Source: Podarcis tiliguerta
Taxonomy: Eukaryota
Direction: 5' to 3' (one strand)
DNA: 64,000 nucleotides
Assembly: GCA_965153285.1 (NCBI GenBank)
Contig: OZ229120.1
Shown here: positions 11,085 through 24,400 of the stretch, piece by piece
How the letters are laid out: every line of letters starts with the position of its first letter
How positions within the stretch are numbered: the stretch's first letter is position 1
Made by a program: the position numbers and the translations under genes
Notes under the pieces: generated by a model
The model's database searches: none
Told to the model about the DNA's origin: nothing
The model's input: only the letters and a program-made list of their open reading frames with translations

Positions 11085-12559
11085 CTGCCCAGATGATGTA
11101 TTCCATTTACAAGTCATCAATAATTTAGAGTTTTAATTTAGGACTCTTCTATTTAATGCTCCTCATTGGCCCCCTCCTCCCTGCCTGCCAGGCCACAGGG
11201 TATACATCCAAGTTAAAAATTTAGCTTCATTATGTCAGGGGACACTAAGTGCAGCATCTTCCATTTAGATTAAAAGATGCTGCAGACCCCAGAATACAAA
11301 ACGAAAAGATACACACACACATACAAACTGACACACCAACATCTTAAATGCTGCTTTTCAGAAAAGCATCAGGGCGGACTTACTTTAGGCAGAAACCTAA
11401 CAAGTAACAGTTATCTATAGACTTGGAAGCGATAGTAGTAACCTATTTAAAATCTAGGTAATACAATAAAGTTCTCTAACATTTGGTATGTCGATATGTT
11501 CTATTTTGAGAGACAATTGCAATATCCTCCAGCAGTTCTTATCAATTCACTGGGCAGTGCCAGGCTCCTGACAGACAGACTCAAAAAACAGCAAGTGGCC
11601 TGCAATAAGGTGTCTCCCGCTCTTTTAATTAGCTTTCACCATCAAGCTGGTGTGGGGGTGGACTAGGTGGAAGCAGCAAAGACGTCAATGATGACTTTTC
11701 TTCGTGGCATCATGCAGCATTCATTTATTCACCATGGCAACAATAACGGCATCAGTTTGTTGCCGGGGGGGGGGGGGGGAATGAAAGAGACCAGACCTTC
11801 CCAAATGTGAATGGCTATTTCAGCCTTTGAAAATGTGGAATCTCTTGCCCACCACAGAAAGCTGCTTGAAAAAAATTGTCTAAAGCTTCTTTTTCTTTTA
11901 TTGAGTGCAACCCGTCAACACGTGATTTAGATACCCACCTCTTTAGTATATAAGCAAAGCACTCAAGTGCAATAGAGGAGTGATCTAACCCATCTACATA
12001 TCTCAATAGTATCAAAACACTGTCAAGGTTTTTGACATCGCACACCTCTGGAAGATTAATCTGTTTAGTTTGTTTTTGTTGTTAGTAAGATGACAGGAAT
12101 TAGTGGAGCAACAAGTCTTTCCCCTGCCTCCGAGAAGAATTTAATTCCTTTCCTTTGGGTGAGAAAGGAATGGGTCACAATGGCTTGTTTACTCTAGCAG
12201 GGGTGGGGAACCTTAGGGCCATGAATTGGATATGGCTCTCCACATCTCTCTATCTGGCCCTTATGACTTTCTCCAGGCCCTGCTCCATGACCTCTTTGAG
12301 TGTTTTTGCACAGCTGGAATGTTTACTTGAACGAGATGTGCATGTGCAGAAAGCTTTGGTTTCTACATAGCTGGAATGGAGATTATTGTATGAGATTAGA
12401 AGAGTCACATCGACTGCTCCGCCCACTTTTTGCCTTGGCCCACAGAAGGATGACCCTGAGGAAAATACAGCCCCCCAGGCTGGGGGTGGGAGGCTCCTCA
12501 TTCTGGATCTACAGGAATACCCAGAAAATGAAGCAGAGAACTTAGACATAAATAAGGCC

Positions 12560-12657
12560 ATGGTGTTGATAACACCAAGGTTTGATTCCTGTATGGGAGA
12601 GATGCATATTCCTGCATTGCAGGGAATTGGATTAGATCATCCAACTCTATGATTCTT
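12560..12657 (+). mobile_element. SINE fragment with CR1-like tail
   Basis: attcctgcattgcaggg...ggattagat...ctctatgattct CR1-type 3' end. Confidence 0.5.
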
Positions 12658-12964
12658 ATGACACCAGTTTTACACTTCAGGAAGTAGCGTAGCGCTTTTT
12701 CAGCATTATGTAAGGGTGGGTGAAAACGCCCCTGGATATCAAGTCAATCTTGAGGAGACATGAAACCATAAGGGAACATGAAATGTGGGGAAGGGGGAAA
12801 TAAGGTTTCCAAGGGGTTGGCTTTTAAATACAAGGTGTGGCTTGTATCAAGCCACACCTTGAATATCAAGCAGCAGCTTAGTTGCCTGCAGCAGTCTGGC
12901 TGTCTTTCTAACAGAATGCTCTCCACCGCTTGCCAATTAGCTGCTGGGCTTAACTCACAAAGCC

Positions 12965-13340
12965 TTACACAGCTTGGGTCCAAAGTACCTTAAAAAGCCA
13001 TCTGCTCCACCTTGATCACTGAGATTCTCTCATGGGTCACTTCTGGTGGTTGCCGGCACCCCTGATGTTTGATTGCCCTTTACTAGGGACCAAGCCCTTG
13101 GTGTGCAGGCCCTGCCCTATGGAATTCCCTGACAGCAGAGGTTTGGCAGGAGCAGTCTCTGCCTTCTTTCAGCTGTGTTCTGAAAACTTTACTGTTTAGA
13201 CATGACTTCACAATACAGTTTTCTCTTTTTAACCAGCTACTATCTACTGATATTTTATTGATGCTTTAAATTATGCTTTATGGATATTTATGGACTTTTT
13301 ATTATATTTGTATGCTGTAAACCACTCTGATATACTTTAT
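12965..13340 (+). mobile_element. L2 LINE 3' fragment
   Basis: Degenerate 'gccctgccctatggaattccct' (APxLWNSLP) and 'ctgaaaactttactgtttaga' motifs, followed by an AT-rich tail. Confidence 0.55.
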
Positions 13341-13831
13341 GAAAAGTCCAGATTATAAATATTTAAATTTTAAGAATGGGGAGTTCATAATCCTCATGTC
13401 GGTCTAGGTAACCACAGAAACAAGGCTCAAGTAACTGTACTTTAGATACAGGATTTTCATCAATGCTAGATGCATACTGCTTGGAGAAATTTATTCTTGG
13501 CAAATGAATAACTTTATCATAATCCCTAGCAGAACTGCCATTTAATGTTTAGGAAGTAGCCTTACATCAAGGAAGATCATTGGTCCATCTAGCTCAGTAT
13601 TTTCTACACTGACTGGCAGTAGGCTTCTACTGGATAACCAGGTCTTTGACTACACTAAGAGTGCTGAACTGAAATGGGAAAGGGTTACATACCATTTTCC
13701 TTAGAAATGGAAGAGAGCAACCTTCTCTTTCCAGTTTATAATAATAAGAACACACTAACACAATATTTTCCGCAGGTCATTCTGGAGTGCCACTAAAAAC
13801 ATTGAGATCTTTAAAGTATAGACACACATAC

Positions 13832-13935
13832 CCTATGAATGTTTTTGAAGATCTGCCTTCCCCAGTAAACAGGCATCTTGCTGCTAGAGTATCTCCGTAC
13901 TTAATTTCAACAGGGTTTTCTACAGGGTAGAATGC
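13832..13935 (-). CDS. PAM: PAM exon 12: AFYPVENPVEIKYGDTLAARCLFTGEGRSSKTFI(G)
   Basis: TTTCTCAG|GC ... GG|GTATGT; 104 nt; GDxLAARC motif. Confidence 0.98.
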
Positions 13936-15279
13936 CTGAGAAAGAAAACAAAATAGGTCAAGCATCTCAGATTAGCAGAAAGTGTGTTTCCTCTCTTTCA
14001 TCTTTTTGGAAATCAAGGCTGCAATCCACGTGCGCTGTTCACTTGCTTACTTCAGGGCTGGCTAATCTCAGGTTCCCAGCAGCCATAGCCAGTATTAGCA
14101 ATGGTCAGGGATGAAGGGAGTTGTCATTTTCATCATCATCATCATCAATATCATTATCAAACAACATCTGGAGGTCACAGTTTAACCACTCAGAGTTTAC
14201 TCATTTAATTTTACTTACTTAAGTGTATCAAGAGATCTTTCAAGAGTTCCTGTGTACACACAATTATTTTTATTGATGTCCCTTTATAAATGCTTCATTA
14301 AGCAATGCTACTTTTCAAATATGGGTTCATTTGGAGGGTTCTGAGAGAACATCTTCAAATAGGAGATTAAAAATAATAGTAAAGTGCACCCCCTGAAAAT
14401 ATGCACACTCCACTGCAGACTGCAGCCATGAAATCAAGGTGGCTACATTAAGCATTGACAGTCAGGTATCCAGTGCTCTTTCCAGCAATGAGAGATGCCA
14501 TTCTGTATTTTGAGCTTGCCTAGAGATGCACTCTCTATATTTCCACTGATTTTCATCTGATTCACTGATTTTCATTTGATGGCAAGATGAATCATAGTGG
14601 TCATCTTGGTTGCTATGGAGTCTGCTGAACTTCATAAGCCTGACTTACTGCCAAGATAAATAGCCACTGGTTATTGTTTTACAATGCAGGAGAGTTCTAC
14701 AATGCCTAGCATGCAACACATTTAAAACACAAATCTTCCTTATGAGACACACAGCAGCTCAGAGGTGAGACTGCTCTTCTTTCAAGCAAGGGTGAAACTC
14801 ATGCAGGCATCCAGGCATCTTGCAAGAGAAACCTAGATTAAGAAATCATCTCATCGCATCTGCATTTGATAGCAATATGACAAACTATTAAAATTATGAT
14901 AAACAGAAACACTGTAATGTTACTGTCAGTGTTGGATTCTGTGGCAACTGACTGAAGTTTCTCTGCCTTCAACAATGGGCTTTCATTTTAAGAATAATCT
15001 TGGGTCTCTCATCACATTCCTTTCTATATTGCAAAAGGAAAAGGGATACTGCAAGCATGAAAAATGGTCATGTGACGCTAATTTTAGTAGCTGATCTGAC
15101 ATACGTTTGCACCAAAACAATACAGCAAACCATGATCTCGTTCACTAGCGATGCATATGACTGATTGCAACAACTCGACCTACAAGCAACATAATACTGT
15201 ATTAGAGGAATCTGATGACAAGTCTAATAATTATAACCTCTACACCTTTTTTGGATAAAAATACTTGAATGCCTTGAAT

Positions 15280-15386
15280 AGTTAATCTCATGGCTGTGGG
15301 CTCAAGCCCCATGTTGGGTGAAATATTCCTACATTGCAGGAGTTGGGTTAGCTGGATGACCTTCCAACTCTTCAATTCTATGATTT
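15280..15386 (+). mobile_element. tRNA-headed SINE with CR1-like tail
   Basis: gggctcaagcccc B-box-like motif, then attcctacattgcaggagttgg...caattctatgatt. Confidence 0.55.
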
Positions 15387-15851
15387 TCAATAGGTCACAA
15401 GTTTTATTTTGCCGCAGAGTGTTTTGCAATGCTTAAGTTGTTGCAGTAAATCATATGCATCTCTATTTTGTTGCTTTCTTTTTATTCTTTTTTTACATAA
15501 ACAGCATTTTGGATTGTGATTATATTAAGCAGTCTAAAAATTATAAACAAAAAGGTATGTTCTGACTACTCAGTCCAGCTGCCAGACTCTGGCCAATAAC
15601 TAGATGGGCTACCGATTGCTGAACTGGCCCCACACAACTACAGCTTTTGTCCATTTAAAAAATCTTAAAGCTTCCTCAACTCCAAGTAATTCATGTAACA
15701 TGTGAAATTTCAGTCTTTCCAAGCTTAACCTGCAAATTCAAGGTATCCATTTAAATTTCAAGTACATCATATCAGAAACACAAAGAAAGGGATTTAGACC
15801 TTCCAGCTTCTCCATATTAACCCTAGCCACCCAAACATCAGCCCAACATAC

Positions 15852-15928
15852 CTGTGGCAACTGAGGACTCTGCCTGCCAATCAGCGTCCACTGACCATCT
15901 CTAACTCTGTATCCACTTACTACTTTTC
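15852..15928 (-). CDS. PAM: PAM exon 11: GKVVSGYRVRDGQWTLIGRQSPQLPQ
   Basis: ATTTCAG|GA ... CAG|GTATGT; 77 nt; near-identical to mammalian PHM. Confidence 0.98.
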
Positions 15929-16338
15929 CTGAAATATAAAATGATAAGAGTATAAGTATCATATGTTTAGCAAGATAATTATTTTTCCCCAGATTGTTAC
16001 AGTTATGGTACTTTCATTTCATAAAATAAATTCAAAGATTGTATAAAAAGTTGGTTTGCTGGTTGTGTTTTTAAACAATTAAAACCTTTAAGACGCTTGA
16101 GTGCTTTCTGTTATTTATCACCCAAACACATGGCAGACATGGGCAACTCTACCAAGGGGTTTAGTTTGGCCTGCCAAACCATTTCCCCCCAAAGCACACC
16201 CAGCTTTCAAACTGCTGAAAACATAGCTGACATCATGTGATGTGGTGCGACACACATTTATTCATAATGTGTGTTAACAATGCTCCTTCCTTTGGAAAAA
16301 ATTGTTTTTGTCTATATATAAATGGACATCATGAAGAG

Positions 16339-16340
<2 letters not shown>

Positions 16341-16371
<31 letters not shown>
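16341..16371. repeat. (GT)n microsatellite
   Basis: Direct inspection. Confidence 0.9.
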
Positions 16372-16375
<4 letters not shown>

Positions 16376-16634
16376 ACAAGGATTAAATTAAGGCATGAGC
16401 CTCACTTTATAACTGTTTTTAAGAAGGTGCTCAACAACTGTCCAACTCAATTCTCTCAAAGAAGCGCAAAATCTTGCAAAAACAGTTGATACTATTCTTA
16501 ATGGCTAGCTGTGAGCTCACATTAGTTTCTTAAAATCTGTTTTGAGTGTGCTGTTTTCCTCTGCCCCAAATTCTCAGTTTATCCCCCCTCCCCTCCAACC
16601 CCCCCAATCACCTTTAAATCACATGCCTTTAGGC

Positions 16635-16767
16635 CAGGGATGGGGAATTTACAACCTTTCAGTTTTTGTTGAACTACAGCTCTCATCATTCCGGACCACT
16701 GGGCGTACAGACTGGATGCCAGTTGGAGAGCAACAACACATTTCAACAGCCACATTTCCCAGCCTTG
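16635..16767. mobile_element. Degenerate palindromic hAT-type MITE
   Basis: cagggatgggg start, gaactacagctctcatcat core; imperfect TSD ctttaggc/ccttagcc. Confidence 0.6.
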
Positions 16768-16966
16768 CCTTAGCCACTTTATGTGTTGTATAAGCTTGGA
16801 ACTGGATGTATAAAACATGCTTATACCAGGCTTTTCTGTTGTTCTTCAGATTTAAATTGATTGACAAGTTTTGACACTATATAATTCAATTCAGACATTA
16901 TGAGTTAATATGGATTACAGCAAAACCAGATTGAAAAGACAATCATCAATAAATGAAAAGACTTAC

Positions 16967-17047
16967 CTAAATGATGTGTGTGTACTCTGTAGGCAAACAC
17001 GTGCATTGGATACATTTTATAACTGCAAGCAATATCTGCATTAACCG
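16967..17047 (-). CDS. PAM: PAM exon 10: AVNADIACSYKMYPMHVFAYRVHTHHL, substrate-binding R236 and CuM ligands H238/H240
   Basis: GACAG|CG ... TAG|GTAAGT; 81 nt; FAYRVHTH motif. Confidence 0.98.
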   Translation of the reverse strand, partial: RLMQILLAVIKCIQCTCLPTEYTHII

Positions 17048-18445
17048 CTGTCATAAGAGATAAATAAGGAAATCAGGGGAAAGGGCATGTACATACTGAA
17101 GTTGAAGCAGCTAGTTGGAACTATTGTTGCAATTAAAAACTCAAACCATCTAATTAGAAGTACATCAATGTGAAATGTAGTGTGCGAAATTACTGACTCT
17201 ACTCATTCATCTAAAAATTAGTATGGGCATATCTTTCACTGACACATTGCTCTTAAGAACTGTTCTACTGGGACAATGTTGTGTGTGCATCAATTCACAT
17301 ACATGGTACAGCTGTTTCCTTATATACGAAACATGTGGCAGATTCCCATGTGTACTGGAGTATACAGGGAAATCTGAGTGGGGCACAACAGATCATTTCA
17401 AACAAATAAGAAAACACCAAACAAGTGTTCCCCAACAATTTTATGAGAAACTTCTTAATTAGTTAACAGTCTAACACTGGGATCATGAAAGACCACAATG
17501 GCTGCATTACATGAATGAACCTGAGGCTTGTGTTCACCTCTCTTCCCCTTAGGTGTGTCCATGATGAAATCAGAAGCTTTCACTTCTGGTTTTAGCTAAC
17601 AGTAGAATTCAGAAAGGCGTAGTCTTAAACTTATTTTATTACTTGGTTTACGAACCAGCTCATTTCAATAATAAAACACAGCAAAGACTAAGCAGAGTTT
17701 TGGGTTCATTGAACTGTGGTCCATTGAAAGAAGCAAAGCTTCCAGCCTCCAACTCATACCTACAAGGGTGTGGGGCAGGGGGAAGAGAGAGAATGCTACC
17801 CAAGGCCCATCCACATAAACAATAAAGCATAATTTTCAAATTCCCAAGTGTAAGTGGAATTTGGATACTAATCTAAGAGTAGTTGAAAAAAAGATGTTCC
17901 AAGCTGTTATTCATTTGCTATATTAAAATGCTGATCATGTTTCAGTAATAATTAAAGATGCATGTTACGCCATCTTGGAACAGCTTTACCACATGCACAA
18001 ACAAACACATACAAAAAGTATTCAAGCAAAAACTTCTATCAGCAATATACATTCCAGGACACATTAATATTCAGAAACAAAAATAGAAATATATATTTAT
18101 CTAAATATTCAAACATGCACTTCTTCTATGTATACACACTTCATTTCAAGCTTTGGAAAAAGTAGACTTACTACTGGTTTAAAAGGAGTTTGTGCTTAAT
18201 AAAAATCAAAAGAAATGCTTTCAAAATTTATTAGTCTAAAAGAATTGATATCTGTTTTCCTAAATTGTGCTACTGGTGTGTCTACTAATAAAATATGCTT
18301 ATAATTTGCTACATATTGAAATGGATATACAAGTTACATTACTACTTCCAGTATTAATCAAAGGTTTTATAACACATTTCCTATGAAATTATATCCTACA
18401 GTGAAAGTGTTGCACATATTAGTGGGAGGAGGGAGTTGTAATCAC

Positions 18446-18513
18446 CTTTCTCCCCTGGTGGTATAACAGTATCCATGGACATCATAAGATACATGCCAGC
18501 AATCATAGGCTGC
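18446..18513 (-). CDS. PAM: PAM exon 9: (K)QPMIAGMYLMMSMDTVIPPGEK
   Basis: TTTTTAAG|G ... AAG|GTGATT; 68 nt; QPxIAGMYLMMS motif. Confidence 0.96.
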
Positions 18514-18630
18514 CTTAAAAAAAGAAAGTGGGGTAGGAAGGAGAGAGAAATTCAAATCAAATACATTGAATCACTTATCATATGGCTCCTTCTAAAATAA
18601 CTGATCTGATACAGCACTTTTCGAATTCAA

Positions 18631-18632
<2 letters not shown>

Positions 18633-18663
<31 letters not shown>
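18633..18663. repeat. (CA)n microsatellite
   Basis: Direct inspection. Confidence 0.9.
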
Positions 18664-18665
<2 letters not shown>

Positions 18666-18774
18666 TTAGTAGACTACTACATATTTATCCATTGTACGGA
18701 GACTTATACAGAGCTTTGCTTACAATCATGCATAATATAAATTTTGTTAAATAAAAAAAAATGTTACACTGAGA

Positions 18775-19351
18775 CAGTGGTTTTCATACAGTGTGCCGTG
18801 GCATCCTGGGGTGCCTTGAATGATAGTTAGGGATGCTGTGGGCAACACTGGCCTCTGACCCTCTTTCCATCCCTCCCTCCTCTGATGCCCTCTCACATCT
18901 CTGTCCCCCAAAGGCTTCTGTGGCTGTTTGTTGCAGCAGCCCTGGCTACAAGCTCCCTAGGTGAATGGTGTCTCTGGGGCTGGCCAGCAGGTGCTGGTTG
19001 CCAGGAGCTGTGGTGGCCTTGGAGTAAGCAAGAAAGTAGGTGAGGGAGCCCAACCGGGCAGTCCACCAGCCTGTTGGGAGTGGATGGACAAGTAGGAGTC
19101 CTGGAAGGTCGGGGCAGCGGCACAGAGACTAGGGGTGGCGGCGGCTACTGCCTGGAGGAATCCCAAGGGGAGGGGTGAGGAAAGGAGACTGAGGGAACAC
19201 TTCACAAGGGAGAGTGTTCAAAAAGGGGTGAGGGGCTGCTGGCTCTGCAGGCAAGGGGTGGCATAACTAGGCTTCTGACTCCACAGGGGAGCCACAGAAA
19301 GAATGTAGTTGGTCAACGGAGCTGTAGACTCAAAAAGGTTGAAAACCTCTG
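18775..19351. mobile_element. Non-autonomous hAT (Charlie-like) element, 577 bp
   Basis: Terminal repeats cagtggttttca / tgaaaacctctg; 8-bp TSD cactgaga/cactaaga; GC-rich interior. Confidence 0.8.
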
Positions 19352-20347
19352 CACTAAGAGATGATGCACAGAAAAACAGACATAGTTACTCCTGTTTCTC
19401 CTTCAGTGTGCAAAGTGTGGATCTCCAAAACTTTGAAAGGGTGAGATGTAACATTTCTGATGCTGATTGGGCACATCCCCTACTACCAAAAAGCTTATCT
19501 TTTAAAAAAGATTTTAAATATGACCACACATTTATAATCTGTTTTAGCCCCAAACCTCTTTCTCAGTACCTATCTATGTAGAGAGCTGCTTCACAGATTT
19601 TTCTGGGGGGGTGGAGAAAGAAATCTGAAAAAGGCACTAGTGAGAGGGCTCAGTGCGTACCAGAGGGAAAGGTTTCAGCTGATTCTTCACCAAAGCTATT
19701 GCAGTTCCACCCTTGGTTGAATGCATGATTCAGGTCAGAGTGATCCTTTCAGTAGTTGAAGTAATCAGTTGGGCAAAGGAGATGTGATGAGCACATAAAA
19801 GGTTCATATGATGTGAAATTTAGTGGGAGGGGGGAGGAAAGGGAAAGCAAGCTAACTTTCAACTTCAAAGAAATTGGGATCTGAGGAATGAAATAAACAA
19901 CACCAGTATGAAGTTGGGTTTGTCAAGGGAAAAATAGAGATGGATAGATCCAAACTTTTAAAAATCAAATATGAAGAGGAAAAAAGGAGTGATATACAAG
20001 ACTTTCTGGAAATATTCTGGGCAGCTACACATTATGTATGAAACATTTGATTTACCAAGACATGGAAGTCAACTAGTTGATTATCTCACTTAGTCCAACT
20101 TGCCTTTTCTCAATTTTAAGAATCGAATATATTCTGAAGTAAATCTGAAGATGTTAATTGGTCTCTTTAAACACACACACACACACTCAAACCCCTAAAC
20201 AATATGCTTCAGCGTACACCAGGGTCAACATAAGGTTTTGTTCTTCTCATAAATTTTCTGACAAAGTTCACATTGATCTCTTCAAAAGAAGATTTGGGGG
20301 GGGGGGGCGCGGGGAACTGACATGAAAGATGTTAGAAATATACTTAC

Positions 20348-20396
20348 TTTTGATTAGTCAGATGTAAAGTTACACCAGAACAGTCTTTGTGTTTAT
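20348..20396 (-). CDS. PAM: PAM exon 8: DKHKDCSGVTLHLTNQ(K)
   Basis: TTGTGCAG|AT ... AA|GTAAGT; 49 nt; DCSGV motif; phases fit both neighbours. Confidence 0.96.
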
Positions 20397-21121
20397 CTGC
20401 ACAAAACATAAAAAATGGATATTAAGTAGAAGCATTGACATTTTTCCATTAATACATGAGTGTGATTACTAAATGCTTTCTGCATAACGTTTTCTTATTA
20501 GACAAGCTATACACATAACAAAGTCACTCTGCTGTGCCGGTGATGCATTTGCATCAAATTCTCTTTCAGTGTTGAAATAATATGAAGAATGCATGTTATA
20601 TACTGTACTACAGAAGCTTGAAAGTTGGTAATTATATTTTGAAAACCAAAAAGGATTATTATTTTTCGTGCTGAAAATCAAGCAATATATTTTAAGCAGG
20701 GAGGCAAAACTAAGACATTGGAAGACATATTTCTTCCTGGTGCAAAATATTTTTATTGCCACAAAGGCCTATATGCAATGCAGTGCTAAGCTAAAGTATA
20801 TTTGTCCTGCTGGCAAAAATGTTTTGCATCAGCTGGAACACTGTTGCGCAAGAGAGCACTTAAGTTGGTTGCTGGTAGCTTTGATCTGCTGAGCAAACAG
20901 GTTTCTGCTAGCACAACAGTTGCAATGGATTCCTCTGCTATGCAACATTAAAACTCACCTGTCTGCTAGTGCAAAAGTCATTGCAACTGGCAGGCAAAGA
21001 ACACTGGATACAGCCCATAGTGTCTATGTTAGACATTCAAAGCATCCAACAACAAATGTTGAATGCTTTTCTTTTGCATCCAATACTTCTTGGTTTTGGA
21101 CGTTACTACTGTATAACATAT

Positions 21122-21445
21122 GGGACGCAGGTGGCGCTGTGGGTAAAAGCCTCAGCGCCTAGGGCTTGCCGATCGAAAGGTCGGCGGTTCGAATCCCCGC
21201 GGCGGGGTGCGCTCCCGTTGTTCAGTTCCAGCGCCTGCCAACCTAGCAGTTCGAAAGCACTCCTGGGTGCAAGTAGATAAATAGGGACCGCTTACTAGCA
21301 GGAAGGTAAACGGCGTTTCCGTGTGCGGCTCTGACTCGCCAGAGCAGCGATGTCACGCTGGCCCCCGGCCTCTTGAGTGAGATGGGCGCACAATCCTAGA
21401 GTCTGTCAAGACTGGCCCGTACGGGCAGGGGTACCTTTACCTTTT
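21122..21445 (+). mobile_element. Sauria SINE (Squam1-type), young copy
   Basis: gggacgcaggtggcgctgtggg head, B-box ggttcgaatcc, (ACCTTT)n tail, TSD tactgtataac (21107-21117 and 21446-21456), CpG-rich. Confidence 0.93.
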
Positions 21446-24400
21446 TACTGTATAACTGGTCAGTAGTTTTCTGCTAAACAAATAAATTATCTAGCCTAAT
21501 GGTTCCAAGTTTGCTAAGTACTGTGGACCCCCTGTTTTTTAAATTTCCTTTCTCATTTCATATTGAATGCTGAAAGATGTTTCACCCAACATTGGGAGAG
21601 TTGTGAGGTGAGTTGGGGGAAAGTACAGGGAAACATATCAGGAGGGAAGATGAATCACTAAGGAGTTTCATTCACTAGAGAGATATGTGGAAAAGCAGTG
21701 CTCTTAAAAAAAACAACAACGCTGAGAACTTTACAATCTCTTGTTCTTCTTCAAATAATCTTGTGGACTGCTTTCATTTTACACCCAGTCAGAGATGTCA
21801 CACCAACTGTTTGCAATCTGTGGAAGGTAACAAGTGATTGTTTCCCCCCTATTATTTTAGCTGTGTTTCTGTTTTATTTTATTTTATTTGTAAGCAGCCT
21901 GGAGTCCCTTGTCAAGGAAAAAGATGGGGCATAGTCATCATCAACAACAGCATCAGAAACAACAACAACCACAACTTCCGGTTCCAATCAACCATGGATG
22001 GTGGTCACCAGAAGCAGCAAACGTCACTAGTCAGAGAAGAAGCTTTAGACTGAAGAAGACTTGAAGGTCACTTCATTAGATTCAACATCTTTGTAACTCA
22101 CTATTGTATATTTCAGCTATTTGTTTTTGATGTGTCCTTTAGGATATTAGGGCTTTTATGAAATCCACACCCAACCAAACAGGAGGATTTTTCTAAAAAT
22201 TGGTATACATGCAAAAGAAAAAAGAAAAAATCCTGAAGACGTGCTGTACGTATTTTTATGTTAAATGAAATGCAAAGAGCTACTTATATACATAGCAGAA
22301 TTACTGAGAACTAACAAATATGGCAAAGTTGAAGCTGAATGCAGAAAATATTTGCTTGAACAACTTCTGTTTCAACCCATTTGGGGCAGACTCATTTCGC
22401 TCAAAATAGGGTCAAGCAGTTTCTACTTTATTCAAAGTCATTAAACTGCTATGTTGTAGCATTCAGGGCAAGTGGGCTAGTACGGCTGCCTTTATATCTG
22501 GAGTTACTAAAAAGCACTCTATGAATAAGCTAGACATCACAAGCAAAAACTCAAGGAAAATTGTGCTCTCTAAACTCACACATCATTGTGAACTTCAGAA
22601 AATTTGCTTGCTGTGCTAAAGCAAAAGCAAAATCTGGGCTAGGCTTCAGCCTTGCATATGAGATCAACTGCCATGTCTTTCATTTTTGCGAACACCACGG
22701 TTGTCCCTGTGTTAAATATTTATGATGTATCAACAAGAACCCCCTTTCACACTGGCAGAATCTCCCAACATAAGGGCCTACTTTCCATCACTTTAGACAC
22801 CCACTTCCCAAAATGGTCATGTCTAACGAGCTCTCTACTCAGCAGGTTTGATAAGCTGGAAGAAATGGGATCATAACATTTGCTTTTTTTGGCAAGTGCT
22901 GCATCAGCTAAGCAGATTGCAAAGACACAATGCAATCCTTACATCCCATCTTAAAAATCATCTTCCCTATTTGCCACTCAGCCTAGGATAATTCCTTTGA
23001 TTTTGCATTTCAGCTAGAGAGCAAGTACACATTGCTCCAGGACAAATAAATTATTAGCTTCCATTTGGCCTGTGGCAATGAGAGGAAAATGCATTCATCC
23101 CACCTCAGAAGGAGGTTTCTTTCAAAGCTGATTTTCTATGCAGAGCTTCCAACAGAGATCAAACAAGAAGCTGTGCTTACTAGTGTGGTTTAATAGCACT
23201 TCTGGATTGCAGAGTGTATATAGCAAAATCCACTGTGATATGCATATCAGCTTCTAATTCTTTGATCAGTGAGAAAAAATAAATGGTAACTGCCACTCAG
23301 AAGATACATTAAAAGGTTTACGAAGTCGAAATACCCTAAGATAAGGCTTATTGTTCCAGGAGTATAGCTCAAAAATATGGAAGCATGAAACACAAAGTTT
23401 CCACTTTTGCCTAGTTTGTAAAATGGTACAAATGAAAATTACTATAAATTTGTCCAGTGTTAAGAAATATAATCAAATAATTTTGAAACTAGGGAATATG
23501 ATTGTATGATTGAAATGCAGTGCAAGTACTTGCATAAATTCTATTAAGTATATTTTGCAACTATGAAAATGAAAGCTGGCTAGATAAAAAATTAATCTTA
23601 AACTTTGCATTCCACTACATGAAATGCTATGCAAAAACCATGTGTAGATGAGCATCTTAACTTTTTTTGGAAAAAAGGATGACTGTAAAGCCACGAATGT
23701 AACTAGAAAATAGAAACTAGCAATTTAATATGGTCAAAAGATATCCTTATACAAAAGAACATATATTTTTTTTTGCAGCTTATTTTTTTTTAAGCATTGG
23801 AACCCATGTAAGTTATATTGAAAAGACTGATGAACACAAAATTATTTGTTATGCATCAGGAATTTAAATTTTGTCAGATTTCTAGAAAATAGTGTAATTG
23901 ATGCTGGGTAGAGATATTGCTAAATAGAGCAATAAGGATAACTCCATAAAGGCAGCTTGCTGAAATCATTTGCCAGAGAATACCCCCCCTAACTGCTTGT
24001 GCATTTGGGGCAGTTCAAAAATAAAGCAATGTGTATCTTCCAAACTGGAATTATTATGTTGATTATGGTGGAAGGAAGAAATCTTATGTACTGTAAATGG
24101 GATGTAATGTACAAGGTTCACAGACTTTGCAGCAAAGAATAATGGGCCAAGAAACAAAATGTTAAAAGATTATGCTGTAGCCATGCCAGGGCAAACTTGG
24201 CCTTTAGACAGAAGCTTGATGGGGAGAGGGAAATCTACCAAGCTCTATTACAGTGCAATTTAACTTCCTTTTGATGGGGGCCTCCACTGACCAGCAACAG
24301 GGCTTGGTAGGTTGCTGCCATTATCAGACAGGTGTTCCTAAATTGGAAACTATTTTTACTTGCTAAAAATTAAAAGGTCAGAACACAAGATAAATCGCTA

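Noticed and set aside
21122-21210. tRNA gene or CpG-island promoter
   Set aside because: The A/B boxes and CpGs belong to a Sauria SINE head with tail and TSD; there is no complete cloverleaf.
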